NCBI GenBank assembly: GCA_030167865.1
Contig: JALAGF010004364.1
Location: 1 to 35,099 of the forward strand
Reading direction: 5' to 3'
Length of the DNA stretch: 35,099 nt
Source of the DNA: Craspedostauros australis
Lineage: Eukaryota
The position numbers and the translations under genes are program-made. This document shows, in pieces, positions 11,376-22,148 of this stretch. A model generated the notes under the pieces. It did not search any database. It was not told where the DNA came from and saw only the letters and a list, made by a program, of their open reading frames with translations. Numbering within the stretch: position 1 is the first letter of the stretch; every line of letters begins with the position of its first letter.

Positions 11376-11759
11376 ATGCCGCGGATACTGAACCGCTCCG
11401 ACCTCATCCAGCCCCGCAGGATGCCGCTGCATCATGCCGCATCCAGTGGCGGCGACGGTGAAACGCGAGCACCGCATGTTGTGTACAGCAGCATGTACGC
11501 GCGCCAGAGGAGGCGGGAGCTGCGTCATGGATCATCGTCATCTTCGTCCGGATCGTCGTCCTCGCACGGGTATGCCAAAGACAAACGCGACCGCAACCCT
11601 GCTGGAGCCGACATGGGCGATTCCGCGGGGATGGCGACCAAAGCAGACGCTCGTTCGATCTACCAGTACGGCGATTACAGAAAAGGAGCCATGGCACGCG
11701 TGCAATCAGGCAACAGCTGGGGGCACTACGTGGACTTTGACCCAGACCACATGACGTAG
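11376..11759 (+). CDS. Small hypothetical protein ending in a WGHYVDF motif, 127 aa
   Basis: ATG-initiated ORF in an otherwise gene-free 2.3-kb gap. It is low-complexity with a terminal SWGHYVDFD motif, resembling the WG(H/Q)(F/Y)VD motif I recall from small stramenopile hypothetical proteins. Confidence 0.5.
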   Translation: MPRILNRSDLIQPRRMPLHHAASSGGDGETRAPHVVYSSMYARQRRRELRHGSSSSSSGSSSSHGYAKDKRDRNPAGADMGDSAGMATKADARSIYQYGDYRKGAMARVQSGNSWGHYVDFDPDHMT

Positions 11760-12678
11760 CTCCAGTTTCCTCCAGTCTCGTCACAGAACGATTCGCCGAA
11801 AGAGTTATGCGTTTCAACATGCTGTTGGTGCGTCGTACTAACTCTTCGATGTTATCGTCATCTTCACACTTGCTGCGTACAAGAGAGCGAAAAGAAGTGA
11901 CAGCACACTTCATGGGCTCTGTACGAACAGCTTGGGAGAGTGTAATACTTGAATGGATGGATATATATGGACCATGCAGCAAACAAGCAAAGGCGAATCA
12001 GAACACGCAGCCAGGGCAGGCGAGAGAGAAAGCATGCGACATGAACCAAACAGACTACCTGACAAGATCTGCGCTGCACAAATGATATCACATCGATTGC
12101 AACGCACACTTCTCTTCAATCCAGGGAGTGCTCGCCACTCGAAAAGACGCAACCGATGCAATGTTTCGCTCGCCGATCGAGCACGAGTCACACTGAGTCG
12201 AAGAAAGGTTGTGGTTCTGTGACGACGTGCGCCCGCGTGGATGGGTGCGCAGTCCTGGACCATGTCAAGGGGGCGAGCGATCCGCAGCAGATGCGATGCA
12301 TTACTCGTACTCGTATGGTACAATCATAGCTCTGACAGAGCAAAAACTCCAGATGAACACGCAAGTGAGAGCCAAGTGCCCTCCCGTACTCCATCGCGAC
12401 CGCGGAAGTTGCCCAACGGAGCACGGGATCCATCGAACCTTCCCAAACGGAACTTGCTAACTCGAGAGTATCACTCTTGTTCTCCTATTATGGTACAATA
12501 CATCCTGGTAATGGACTCACAACTTTGAACACATTCTCATACGTAGCGGAACTCTCGTATCTATTCAACCAATCGTCGATACCGTTGTAGCAGGGACATG
12601 CAATGTTGTTCTATCAAGGACAGAACGAGAGGCAAGACCACTCCACTACTCTACTCTACGAGTATTTTACCCTGTTGG

Positions 12679-14082
12679 TTATTCCTCCACCACTTCAAAT
12701 CCGGGATGAGACTCTATTCCTGCTTCTCGCAGCACACCGATTTCCTTTCGCTCTGCTGCTGGGAGCAGTACGTTGCGCAGCAGCTTATCCTCTGCTTCAA
12801 GCTTGCGCAGGCGCTGGAATTCGGCATCCGCCCGAGCATCAACCGATGAGAACAGCGGCATGGACTTCAACACCAACTGAGCCGTTGAGCGTGGTCGCCA
12901 AAGTTTGCGGGACATGGTCAACCACTTCGAGCCTCCCTTTTCTTCCTCTGCCTCTTCCTCCTGTTGTTGCAGTTGCTGTCGCCCCCGCTGTTTCGCCAGT
13001 CGCTTCAAGTGTGTCTCCCAACGTTTCAGGGCAACATCCATACGCCCGAACTGCGTGCATGCCTCGCCCAGCGCGCCTTCCCGCTGATTGCGTTCATGAA
13101 CCTCGACGAAGCCAACCATGACGGTCCTTCGCCCGGAAGTAACCACGTCTGCACCATGCAAGATCTTGCCACAGTGGAACGTGCAATCCCCCTGTTTGGG
13201 CCGGATCACTCCACCAGGTTGCAGCACGTCAACCGTCTCAAGCTGCTGTTCGTCATCTCGCAGGGCGTCGTAAAACGTTCCGCCACCTTCAAAGTCCGCC
13301 TCATCATTCAACAGCAACGAGAAGGACAGCAGGGAGCCATCGCGATGCGCCTCCAATCTATCCATCGTGTCACCGCCCCCTTCCGTGTCACCGCCTTGCG
13401 CCTGATACTGCGCGCAGAACAGATCTAGGTACTGCATATCCCGGACATCCACGCCGTACAGCTCGCCCAGCCGACCAAAGATGCGGTCATCGAATTGCAA
13501 CTCATCCTGCAGGTAGGATTCCAATTTCGGACATTCCTCGATGGGGAAATCGCAAGTGGAATACACCTCGTGGCGTTGCGTATCGCGTTCATTCCAGCTG
13601 TTCGTGCGGTCGGCATAACTCTTGGCCATCTCATGGCATCGATTGGCCTCGAATCGCGTGAGGACTGGCTCGACGTAAATATGATGCAGGGGGGATGGGT
13701 ACGACTTAACAGCCTTATCGTCGACGTCGTTGTGACCATCATCGTCAGAGAGAAACGGCGGCAGCGTGATTGTGTAGTTGGTTGTCAATGTCGTTTCTGG
13801 GTTGCTGCAGGACCGCGGAACGTTCGATTCTGCGGTTGCTGCTGCAGAATCATCATCGCTGTTTGTGGATCTCAACCGTGTGCTGAGTGAACTGCGCCCA
13901 CCTCTCCCACGGTGCAGGAATGGCGTGTACGTTCTGGGGAAGTCGCAACGATTATCGTCGCTCTTCAGATGAGCATAGCCATGATGACTCAACAGGGAAT
14001 CGCATCGATGGCGGACGATGGGAAGCTGGAAGCTCTCCAACGCATCCACAAACAGGGCGATCCAAAGGATCACGATGATCAT
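12679..14082 (-). CDS. 2-oxoglutarate/Fe(II)-dependent dioxygenase (PLOD/prolyl-4-hydroxylase-like), probably plastid-targeted, 467 aa
   Basis: Motifs RHEVYSTCDFP, DLFCAQY, LEAHRDGSLLSFSLLLN, DFEGGGTFY and HCGKILHGADVVTSGRRTVMVGF give the HxD...H facial triad plus the 2OG-binding Arg. The N-terminus MIIVILWIALFVDALES-FQL is followed by an Arg/Ser-rich stretch. Confidence 0.88.
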   Translation of the reverse strand: MIIVILWIALFVDALESFQLPIVRHRCDSLLSHHGYAHLKSDDNRCDFPRTYTPFLHRGRGGRSSLSTRLRSTNSDDDSAAATAESNVPRSCSNPETTLTTNYTITLPPFLSDDDGHNDVDDKAVKSYPSPLHHIYVEPVLTRFEANRCHEMAKSYADRTNSWNERDTQRHEVYSTCDFPIEECPKLESYLQDELQFDDRIFGRLGELYGVDVRDMQYLDLFCAQYQAQGGDTEGGGDTMDRLEAHRDGSLLSFSLLLNDEADFEGGGTFYDALRDDEQQLETVDVLQPGGVIRPKQGDCTFHCGKILHGADVVTSGRRTVMVGFVEVHERNQREGALGEACTQFGRMDVALKRWETHLKRLAKQRGRQQLQQQEEEAEEEKGGSKWLTMSRKLWRPRSTAQLVLKSMPLFSSVDARADAEFQRLRKLEAEDKLLRNVLLPAAERKEIGVLREAGIESHPGFEVVEE

Positions 14083-14529
14083 AATTGTAGCTTCGATGGT
14101 ACTCTAGTCGCACGCTGGCACGGGTGCGCCTATTAGTGTGCGATGGCGACTTGTGTGTCTGTGTGTGTTGTTGTGTTGCCGATGATGTTCTGTGACATGG
14201 GCGGATACGGAAGATACGGCGATGCCATCAACAGCGATTGATTGGTTTGAAATTCACTGGCATACTTCGGTGCGTCCGTCAACAGTTCTTCACTTTTGGC
14301 TCGGAATAGGTGGGGGCGTCTCCTCTCCCCGTATCGGAGTGGCTCTTAGTCCGCCGAGTAGTCGTATGAGGGCCCACACTTGTTGCGCTGTCCCCCACAA
14401 GCATGGCACACAAGGACAATTTAACTTTGCCAATCTCTCTACCGTGTCCAATATGATATTATGTTATGTTTCATATGTGGAATTGACATTATGCGACACC
14501 CTAATATACTTGATGAGATGCTGTCGGTA

Positions 14530-15840
14530 TCACTTGAAGAACTCAGGCGTGTCGTACTGCTTGCGCAGGAAGGAGTGGAAGTCCTGGACATTGCGGTCTA
14601 GCTCTTGCAGGAATTCGTCGTCTTGGAAATCCACCGGCATGTCGATGGATACGCTGTCGTCCGAATGGATCTTGAAGCAAAAGCCCGTGTCCATGTTGCG
14701 GAGTGTGCGTTTGCGCAATGCTGACGATGAGATGTTGTACGTTCGTGATGGATGCAGCACTATTTTCAACTCCTCCCAGTATCGTCCCATCTCCTCCAGC
14801 TGAAGTTCGTCGAACTGATCGTCGAGCAATCGCAGGATGCGACGGTACGCCACCAGTCTTTCTAGCGGGACGATCTCGACGTCTGTGCCTTGTGCCACCT
14901 GAATGTTGGAGAGTACCTTGGCAATCATGGCACGCCTAAGCTGGGGCGAATTGCGAACCTTGCCAGTCATTTGGATGTCGGCTTCCATGTCGCGGATCGC
15001 AGCATTGTAGGCCTGATCAAACTTGTTCCAATCAATCCGCGCCTTGAATCGGTCGCGGCTGTGCTCCCACTTCGTCTTGGGCCGCCGTTGCTCCATGTGC
15101 CGATTGAGGTCATTCCGGTATGCCGCCTCGTCCATCCATTCGTCGCCTGAGGAAGATCCTGAGCCAAACAAATCACCGTCGACATCGATAGATCCATCCG
15201 GCCCAGTTCGATATCGCTGCTCCTCCCACTCAGGTCGGATCGGCAGACCAGCGATTCGCAGCAGCTTCACAAACTGGGCCCGAGCGTGGAACAGCACATC
15301 GTCCGTGGGTAGACTCGGTGGTGGAATGGCCAGCTCCACCATGCGGCGGGTCGTGGCGGGGTCGGAAGATGAGGCCTTCTTGGATCGCTTCAATGTGCCT
15401 GAAGATGCTGACCTGCCTCCGGACAATGCCAGCACGAAGTCGATCTCGACGACACTCTGCTTCGCATCGAATGGGAATGCAGCTGATGGTTTTTGATGCA
15501 GCCTGACGGAGGCGTCCATGTAGCTGTTCAAATTCTGTATGGCCCCCAGGTTGATGTCACGTGCTGCGTCGGAAAGGTTGTGCTGCTTGGCCATGTCCGG
15601 GTGGCATTTCAAGATGAATGGCTGCACCATGCGCTTCAAGGTAGCTGGAGACAGTTCGTCGGCATCAGCATCAGCCTCGCCATCCATTCTGTCGGTGCCA
15701 TCGTCTCCAAAACGACTTCTCGCTGATGATTCTGTCGAAAAGGATGCGGCGAAGTGTTGGAGCTTGGAGGCAGTGCGAGCGACGAAAGGCTGTTCCAAAC
15801 GCAAGCGGATTTGCACGAGCAGCCTCCGCGATCGAAACAT
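14530..15840 (-). CDS. TCAIM-like (DUF4460) mitochondrial protein with J-domain-like HPD motif, 436 aa
   Basis: The first in-frame ATG is at 15840. The presequence MFRSRRLLVQIRLRLEQPFVARTASKLQHFAASFS is Arg-rich and mitochondrial-type. LKRMVQPFILKCHPDM...INLGAIQNLNSYMD resembles the DUF4460 N-terminal domain. Confidence 0.78.
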   Translation of the reverse strand: MFRSRRLLVQIRLRLEQPFVARTASKLQHFAASFSTESSARSRFGDDGTDRMDGEADADADELSPATLKRMVQPFILKCHPDMAKQHNLSDAARDINLGAIQNLNSYMDASVRLHQKPSAAFPFDAKQSVVEIDFVLALSGGRSASSGTLKRSKKASSSDPATTRRMVELAIPPPSLPTDDVLFHARAQFVKLLRIAGLPIRPEWEEQRYRTGPDGSIDVDGDLFGSGSSSGDEWMDEAAYRNDLNRHMEQRRPKTKWEHSRDRFKARIDWNKFDQAYNAAIRDMEADIQMTGKVRNSPQLRRAMIAKVLSNIQVAQGTDVEIVPLERLVAYRRILRLLDDQFDELQLEEMGRYWEELKIVLHPSRTYNISSSALRKRTLRNMDTGFCFKIHSDDSVSIDMPVDFQDDEFLQELDRNVQDFHSFLRKQYDTPEFFK

Positions 15841-16377
15841 TGCTACTTGTATCCTCGCGAGGAGTATGCTGTCGCCAATGACCGTGGATGCGTAGCTACT
15901 CGTGCTCGTTTTGTGCCGTATTCTACCCTGTGGCTTGCCGCGTTGCGTTGTGATGTGATGTGATGGATTGCGATGTGTTGGATCCTCTTGTCTGTTGCTC
16001 TGTCTGTTGCTCTGTCTGTTCTGCTTCGTCGCTCCTTTTCTGTGTTTCTGTGAGGTTGTGGAATTGCGATGAGAATGGTCATGCCTTCGTCTGCTATTCG
16101 ACAGTTCTCTCGTTATTAGCCTTGTTTGGCGCCAAAAACTCAGCCATTTCTCATGGAGCCCAACAGTATCCAGATCCAATCAGAATCGAACAACATTTTC
16201 GACTTGTGCTCCATCAAGAAGTGAAACTCGACTACATAGTGGAATCGTTGGTGGGAAGAGTCCGGCTTTGAGTTGTGAAAGATTCCTCTCTTGGTGGGTT
16301 GGCGCATCCCAAGCTTTAATAACCATATGCAATATCTTTTCCCATTTCACACTCTCTCTCTCTCCGGAGTGTGTCAT

Positions 16378-19300
16378 CTACCAGAACAGCCCCTGGCTCT
16401 GCGTCTTCCGGTTCAGCTCCTTCGCCATGGATGCAAAGTCTTGGCTGGCATTTACTAGCCGATCGGACTTGTCCGCCAGAGTATTCAGCTTCTCTCCGCG
16501 TTCGTTCAGAGCATCACGGGTTTGGCCAAGCCGTGCTGCCAGCCCGTTGGTTTGGTCCGCCATGTCGTTGCCTCTTTGTGCGGTTTCGTCCACATCGCCG
16601 AAGACTGCCTTGGTCATGTTCTGCATCACTCCATCAAACAAAGATTCTCGTTGGGATGCAGTCTGAGCCTCCAATTTGGCCAACCGAGCATCGACACCGC
16701 TCGTGCTCGTTCTCTTGGATCCACCCACAACAGACGACGTCGACGAAGTTGACGAGATGGCTCTCGAGATGAAAGATGGCTTGGCCTGACTGCTGGTGCT
16801 TGTAACTCCTCCTCCTCGTGCTTGCTGCTGCTGCTGTTGTTGCTGCTGCTGAAGCCTTCGGCTTTCTGCGATCGCGTGATCGGTTTGTGCAAGGATAAAT
16901 TGGCCATCGCTGATACGACACTCCGCCCCATTCTCCACGATGCGCTTGCCAGAGCATTCGTCGCACACATGGCGCGTTGTGACTCTGCATCGGTGCTTGC
17001 GATTCATCAAAGTCCCGAATGCCTTCCAGCAGATGGAGCATGACTTCTCGTCGCTGCCGCCAGGTGCCGCCGAGTCCGGGATCGGCGACTTGTTGTCTTG
17101 ATGAATGACCGCCGTGCCACAGCCAGGCACTGTCTTTGCCGTGCCCCAAATCGTCTGCGCCGCGATGATGCTGCTGCCTCCGAGCATCGATTCGAGTTGC
17201 TTCATGGATGAGATCTTCAGTTTGGAACGGTCAGCGTCGAACATGCTCCCGTTCGTCGACATAGCTTCCGCAGCTGGGGCGAAACTGCAGGGCAGAGTGT
17301 TGCGTGTGGCAGGCCGAGCGAAAGGGGGAGAGTCGAGCAGACGTGCCCCGACCTTGAATAACGCCTCTGCAGCGCTGCCCAGCACAGCCAGCAAGGTCGC
17401 TCGGAGGCCAGCGTCGATGTCATTGGACGCACTTTCAATGTCAAAGATGGCAGCAATTACGATCTGGAGCGGCGAGAATCCGGTGTGCGCAATCAACTCA
17501 TCATCGCCGAAGTAACGATCGCAAAGCCCTTCGATACGCTCGTTTGGTTCGAACCCGCACTTGACCAGTGCTTCCAGCGTCCTTCGAGACAAGAATCGGG
17601 ACGGTTCGAGATGCGATGACGCATGATACCATCCAGATATGCGAGTAGAAAGAAGGGCATGCGATGCAATGGATGTTGAATGTGGTATGACAGAAAAACA
17701 GTAATACGACCACATGCGCAGTGTGAGGAGAGTTGTCGAATAGAGGTTTGATGGCGTGATAGTACTCGTATGATGGTGCAATTCAAAGGCGTCTCGGTGA
17801 GCACTGCATTGAGAATACAGCACTTGACTCCATCGTCGTTTTGCGCTGCGATTAAGCCATGGTCTGTTAATCAGATTTCAGTTTGAAAAATAGCACAGTG
17901 ACAAGCAGCAGCAGAACGACGTCACTGCAAGATACGTGGGGATTTAGCACTCACCCAACGACCGCGTTCTGCTTCGCTCTGATCTTGGGGTCAACTGCAT
18001 GCGTCATCGTTGATTGGATGATCATTCGCCGCAGCGCGATCAAGGCTTGGTGGATCGGGTATTGGTACATGGCGCTGACCGTGATCCCGATCGCTGCGTC
18101 CATGCCCTTCCTCACAGACAGAGGGTATCGGAATGGGATATGGTTCATGAGGACCGAAATGTTCTCATGTTCCCACAGCGACGCCAATTCGCTGACGGGA
18201 TGCTTCTGATTGGATTGCACGTCGAACAGCTTCCCTCCGTGGCTATGCAGAACCGACAAGCACCTATCCAGTGCGTGTGGATCCTTCATGTTGCCTACAG
18301 AACGCCCCTCGGTAATGGCGACGTACATGGGCGTGCGATTGTGCTTGTCGAGGACGTTGGGTCGTTTGCTGGCCTTGAGGATGGTGTCGAGGCTCATGAA
18401 GTCGAGATGGAGCGCGGATAGGTGGATGGGAAATCGGTTGAGATCTCCCACTTGCAAGTACGTGTTGGCCCCAGCATGAACGAGTTCTGTGACAATCTTG
18501 CTGTTGCGGCTGGAGCATGCATAGTGCAATGCGGTCAGGCCCTTCTCGTCCTGCTGGTCGAGTATCTTGGGGTCGAGGAAGTTGAGGGAGCCGCGTTCCT
18601 CCTGAGTCAATTCCAACGATTGCGCACGTTGCTTCTGCTGATCGATGGCCGCGGCGATGGCTTTCCTGAGCCCCTCGAGGTCACCGACCATGACGTAGGA
18701 ATGCAGAGTTCCGAGGATCACCTGATGCTTCCACGACATGTCTTCCGATTTCGCTTTGCTCGTTCCATCCGAAGCGTGCGCTGCGCATAGCGTCTGTTGC
18801 ACGAGAAGCTCGGCCTTGGACGTTTCCAAATGGGCGCCCGAATCACCGAAGTTGGTCAAGGCACGCTCCGCACCAGGTCTCAGCACGACAGCGGACAGGA
18901 CGATGGTCTCCGTCGGTGTGATGAGTTCGAAGCATGATCGACGACGGGAGTCGCTCTCGTCGATGTCCCGTTCGATGGAAGTGACAGTTGTGAGGGGCGA
19001 AAGCCGCAGCTTGCTGGTGTTGGGATCGATGACGCTCTCCACCACCAGATTCTGTTTCATCGCATCGCTTGGCAGGTTCCTTTCCGTCTCGCTGAGCAAC
19101 TGCGCCAGTTCTGCCACATCCTTTGCCGGTCGCACCAACAGCAACAGCAGAGGGTCTTCGTACACGAATAGCTCGCGTGGTTCGTATGACTGCCCACCCC
19201 ACATGAGGATCTTGCGTGTGCGGAAGTACCTGTACGTGGTGATGCCGTAGGTGATCTTGCGCACCCCATTGAGTGACATCCAGCGCAGATTGTCCCAGCC

Positions 19301-20122
19301 ACCGTAGTTCTTTCCGGAATCGGGATGGAACAGAAGCCGCGCACCGACTATCGTATCCTCATGATCACGCAATGACGTGGTCTGAGATGGACCCTCACCT
19401 TCTGTGACGTCGGACGCTTCGTCATTGTTTGCCGTTTCCTCCGGCACGGGCTTCGTTGATTCCTCAGCGACTGGAGCGGGCGCCGCATCATCCTTGGAAA
19501 TGGTGGGCTTGGCAGTGAGCGCGGGCGTGGTTGCCTCTGCTGTTGTAGGTACAGATGTGGTCGACGGAAGGTTCTCTTTTGGAAAGCCTGAGTCTGGACC
19601 GCTTGGCTGTGCGCTGGCTCCGGCGTCCTTTGAACCAACATCGTCCCCTTTCCCTTTGCTATTGGTGCCTTCTGTGTCGCCCTGACTGTCGTTTGACGTT
19701 GGAGGGACTTCCTTCACCGCCGCTGCGTCCTGACCGTCGGTGGCCACCTCCGCAGCCCCAGCATCCATGCTGTGCTTCTCGTTCCCAGCGTCTTCAAAAG
19801 GCGCAGCAATTGAAGCAGTTTCGGTGCCAGACGTGGCTAGTGCTTGTGCCTGATTTCGGCCATCTTCGACTTCGACTCCAATTCCCCCTGCTGCTTCTTC
19901 GCGGTCATCGTCCGGCTTGCCATCGCCCCCTGCGGTATCCTCGGCTTCATCCATCAATGATTTCTCCCTTGCATCTTTGATCACCATGTCTTCGTCCGTC
20001 TTCACCTGTGCCTTTGTTCCAGCCGCTGCTGCTCCTGCTGACGGTGTCTCTGCAGGTGCAGCCACACCTCCCACTTCATCAGGTGAAGATGTCGCCGCGT
20101 TCATGACGTTGTCCTTCGCCAT
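16378..20122 (-). CDS. Multidomain protein: acidic disordered N-terminus, PH-like region, ankyrin repeats, degenerate FYVE finger, C-terminal R-SNARE motif without TM; 2 exons, ~1123 aa
   Basis: Exons 20122-17955 and 17581-16378 join in frame across a GTGAGT..AAG intron (NAVVG-TLEALVKCGFEPNER). Ankyrin repeats: GLTALHYAC..LVHAGAN, RFPIHLSA, RTPMYVAI. FYVE-like: CSICWKAFGTLMNRKHRCR..VCDECS. SNARE: LGQTRDALNERGEKLNTLADKSDRLVNASQDFASMAKEL. Confidence 0.88.
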
Positions 20123-21812
20123 TGTCTTGGTGCAGGCTCTCGGTCTTTGCGGTTGTACTCGTACGTACACTTCGCGTATTCGTACGCGTATAGTAGTTGC
20201 AGATGATCGTCCAGCCCGATCGTACCGTCAATAGGGAGTATTCCTCTGTGTGAATAGTCGTGCTCTGTGTGCAAATACTTGCCTCAGTTTGTTTCTGTTC
20301 TGTTGTTGTGGGAGGAAGGAACTGCAAACATGGCTGGGGTCAGCAACATGCCGTTCAACACAGTGCTCCACGAAACGACCTTGTTTGTCTTGTTGTGCGC
20401 GATTTTCTTTGTTCCATGCAAAAAAGGTGGAGAAAGATCTGACGCCTCCCGAAGTACTTTGTCTGTACCACTCCTTTCGAGTTAGCTGACATCAACTCTG
20501 CTCAAAGTTGGCAGTACTCGAATCCAACTGGTGTACCATGAAAGTAGCGGTGAATTATATATTAGTCGCATAAGCATACATGTATCCAAAGCGAACATCG
20601 CAATGTAATCTGGAGCTGTTTCGTCCGAACGCAATGAAGAGGCACGCATTTGGTGTGAGGAACCTACTGTGGTCCTACGACTCTCCGTACCTCGTGCTAG
20701 TCGCCGTACGGTGCTGAGTTTGAGACCAACATGTTGCGAGTGAAGTCGCGTGTCACCCCTGGGAACTGGCGGATGAGAACAACGCACCCAGAACATGTCG
20801 AGCCCACCTTGATGTTGAATCTTGGATCTTTGTATCTTTATATCTTTACATCTTTGCCTCTCTGTTTCGGTGTCAGAAACAATCCTTCGGAGGCGGTAGA
20901 TGTTGGGCACAGTCCGAGCTCGACCATGGTCTGAGATGCGAAAAGTCGCTTCGTATTCGTTCACAGGGAGTTCCATGACTTTCGCCTTGGATCGCATAGA
21001 TGCGATCAAGGGCGCGTGACTTTCCTCGACCTTCACCGACGATGACGCGTTGTCGAAACCATGGCCAGGTATGGACACGATCCGATTAGTCTGTGTCATG
21101 CACGATCTATCCCCAGCGCTCTGTTTGGACTTGGGACAAGGATTTATTGGTGCAAAGAGCGCCGAAACATTGTAGAAATGGCGTTGCCTTATGCGTGTAT
21201 CATGATTTTGCATGATCGCACTTATGCGACCATGGGCGGTAGAATGCTATAAATCTCAATGGTTGCCAAAAGGTGATGTGCATGGGACCAAGATACGAAA
21301 CCAGTTCTCATAGATGGATGCTCAGTGCAATACCTACCAAGCTTCCACGGAGATTGATGCTCGCACCACGATTGGCATCAAAGTGCCCCCGCGATACACG
21401 CTACCGGAGTCTCGCATCAATCAACGATGGCCGCGTGCTTTCGAAAAGGTGCTCGCATGTCCGCGTCGATGATGAGTGCGATCAAGGCTCAGATAACCTG
21501 CAATCTGAATTGATGAAGGCTCCATCACAAACATTGGCAAGGGCAAAAGCGGCTACGACTGGGGCAAAAACGCCACGTCTACTCGTATCTACATGTGTGG
21601 TATTGGTACGTATCAGTGAATTTACGTACTATTCTATTGTAATATGTGACAACTCTTTGCTTGCACAGAATCCAAAACCAAAGACTCACAATTTTGGCTC
21701 GGTCCTTCTTTGAAAGCACCGGCACTCATTGCAACAGCTAGATCAGCATCAGCATCAACAACACCAGCACCAAGCCACAGAAACACCCGACTGAAAACAA
21801 CCATCAACCACT

Positions 21813-22105
21813 ATGATCGCACTTTCGGCCTTCAGCGGCCGTCTCATTCTCCTTGTGTCCTTCACTTGCCTTATGCTTGTGAGTGGAGACATGGGCAATG
21901 AGATGACCATGTCAACCAAGAGGACGAAGGCCCGCAGGCTGCGACTGGTACGTTCGCCATCAAAGGATACACCGTTGCACCATTTGCTGCCAGGATGCTT
22001 TTGAAGTTACCAATCGATTGTAATTGATGTCATCAATTCACGTTCGTTTCTCTTGCAATATATAATATGTATTCCTGGTCCTTCCCACAGTCGGTAAACT
22101 AACCA

Positions 22106-22148
<43 letters not shown>

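Noticed and set aside
17540-17562. GGTTCGAACCC resembling a tRNA T-loop
   Set aside because: It lies within coding sequence (CGFEPN on the minus strand), and I could not build a cloverleaf around it.
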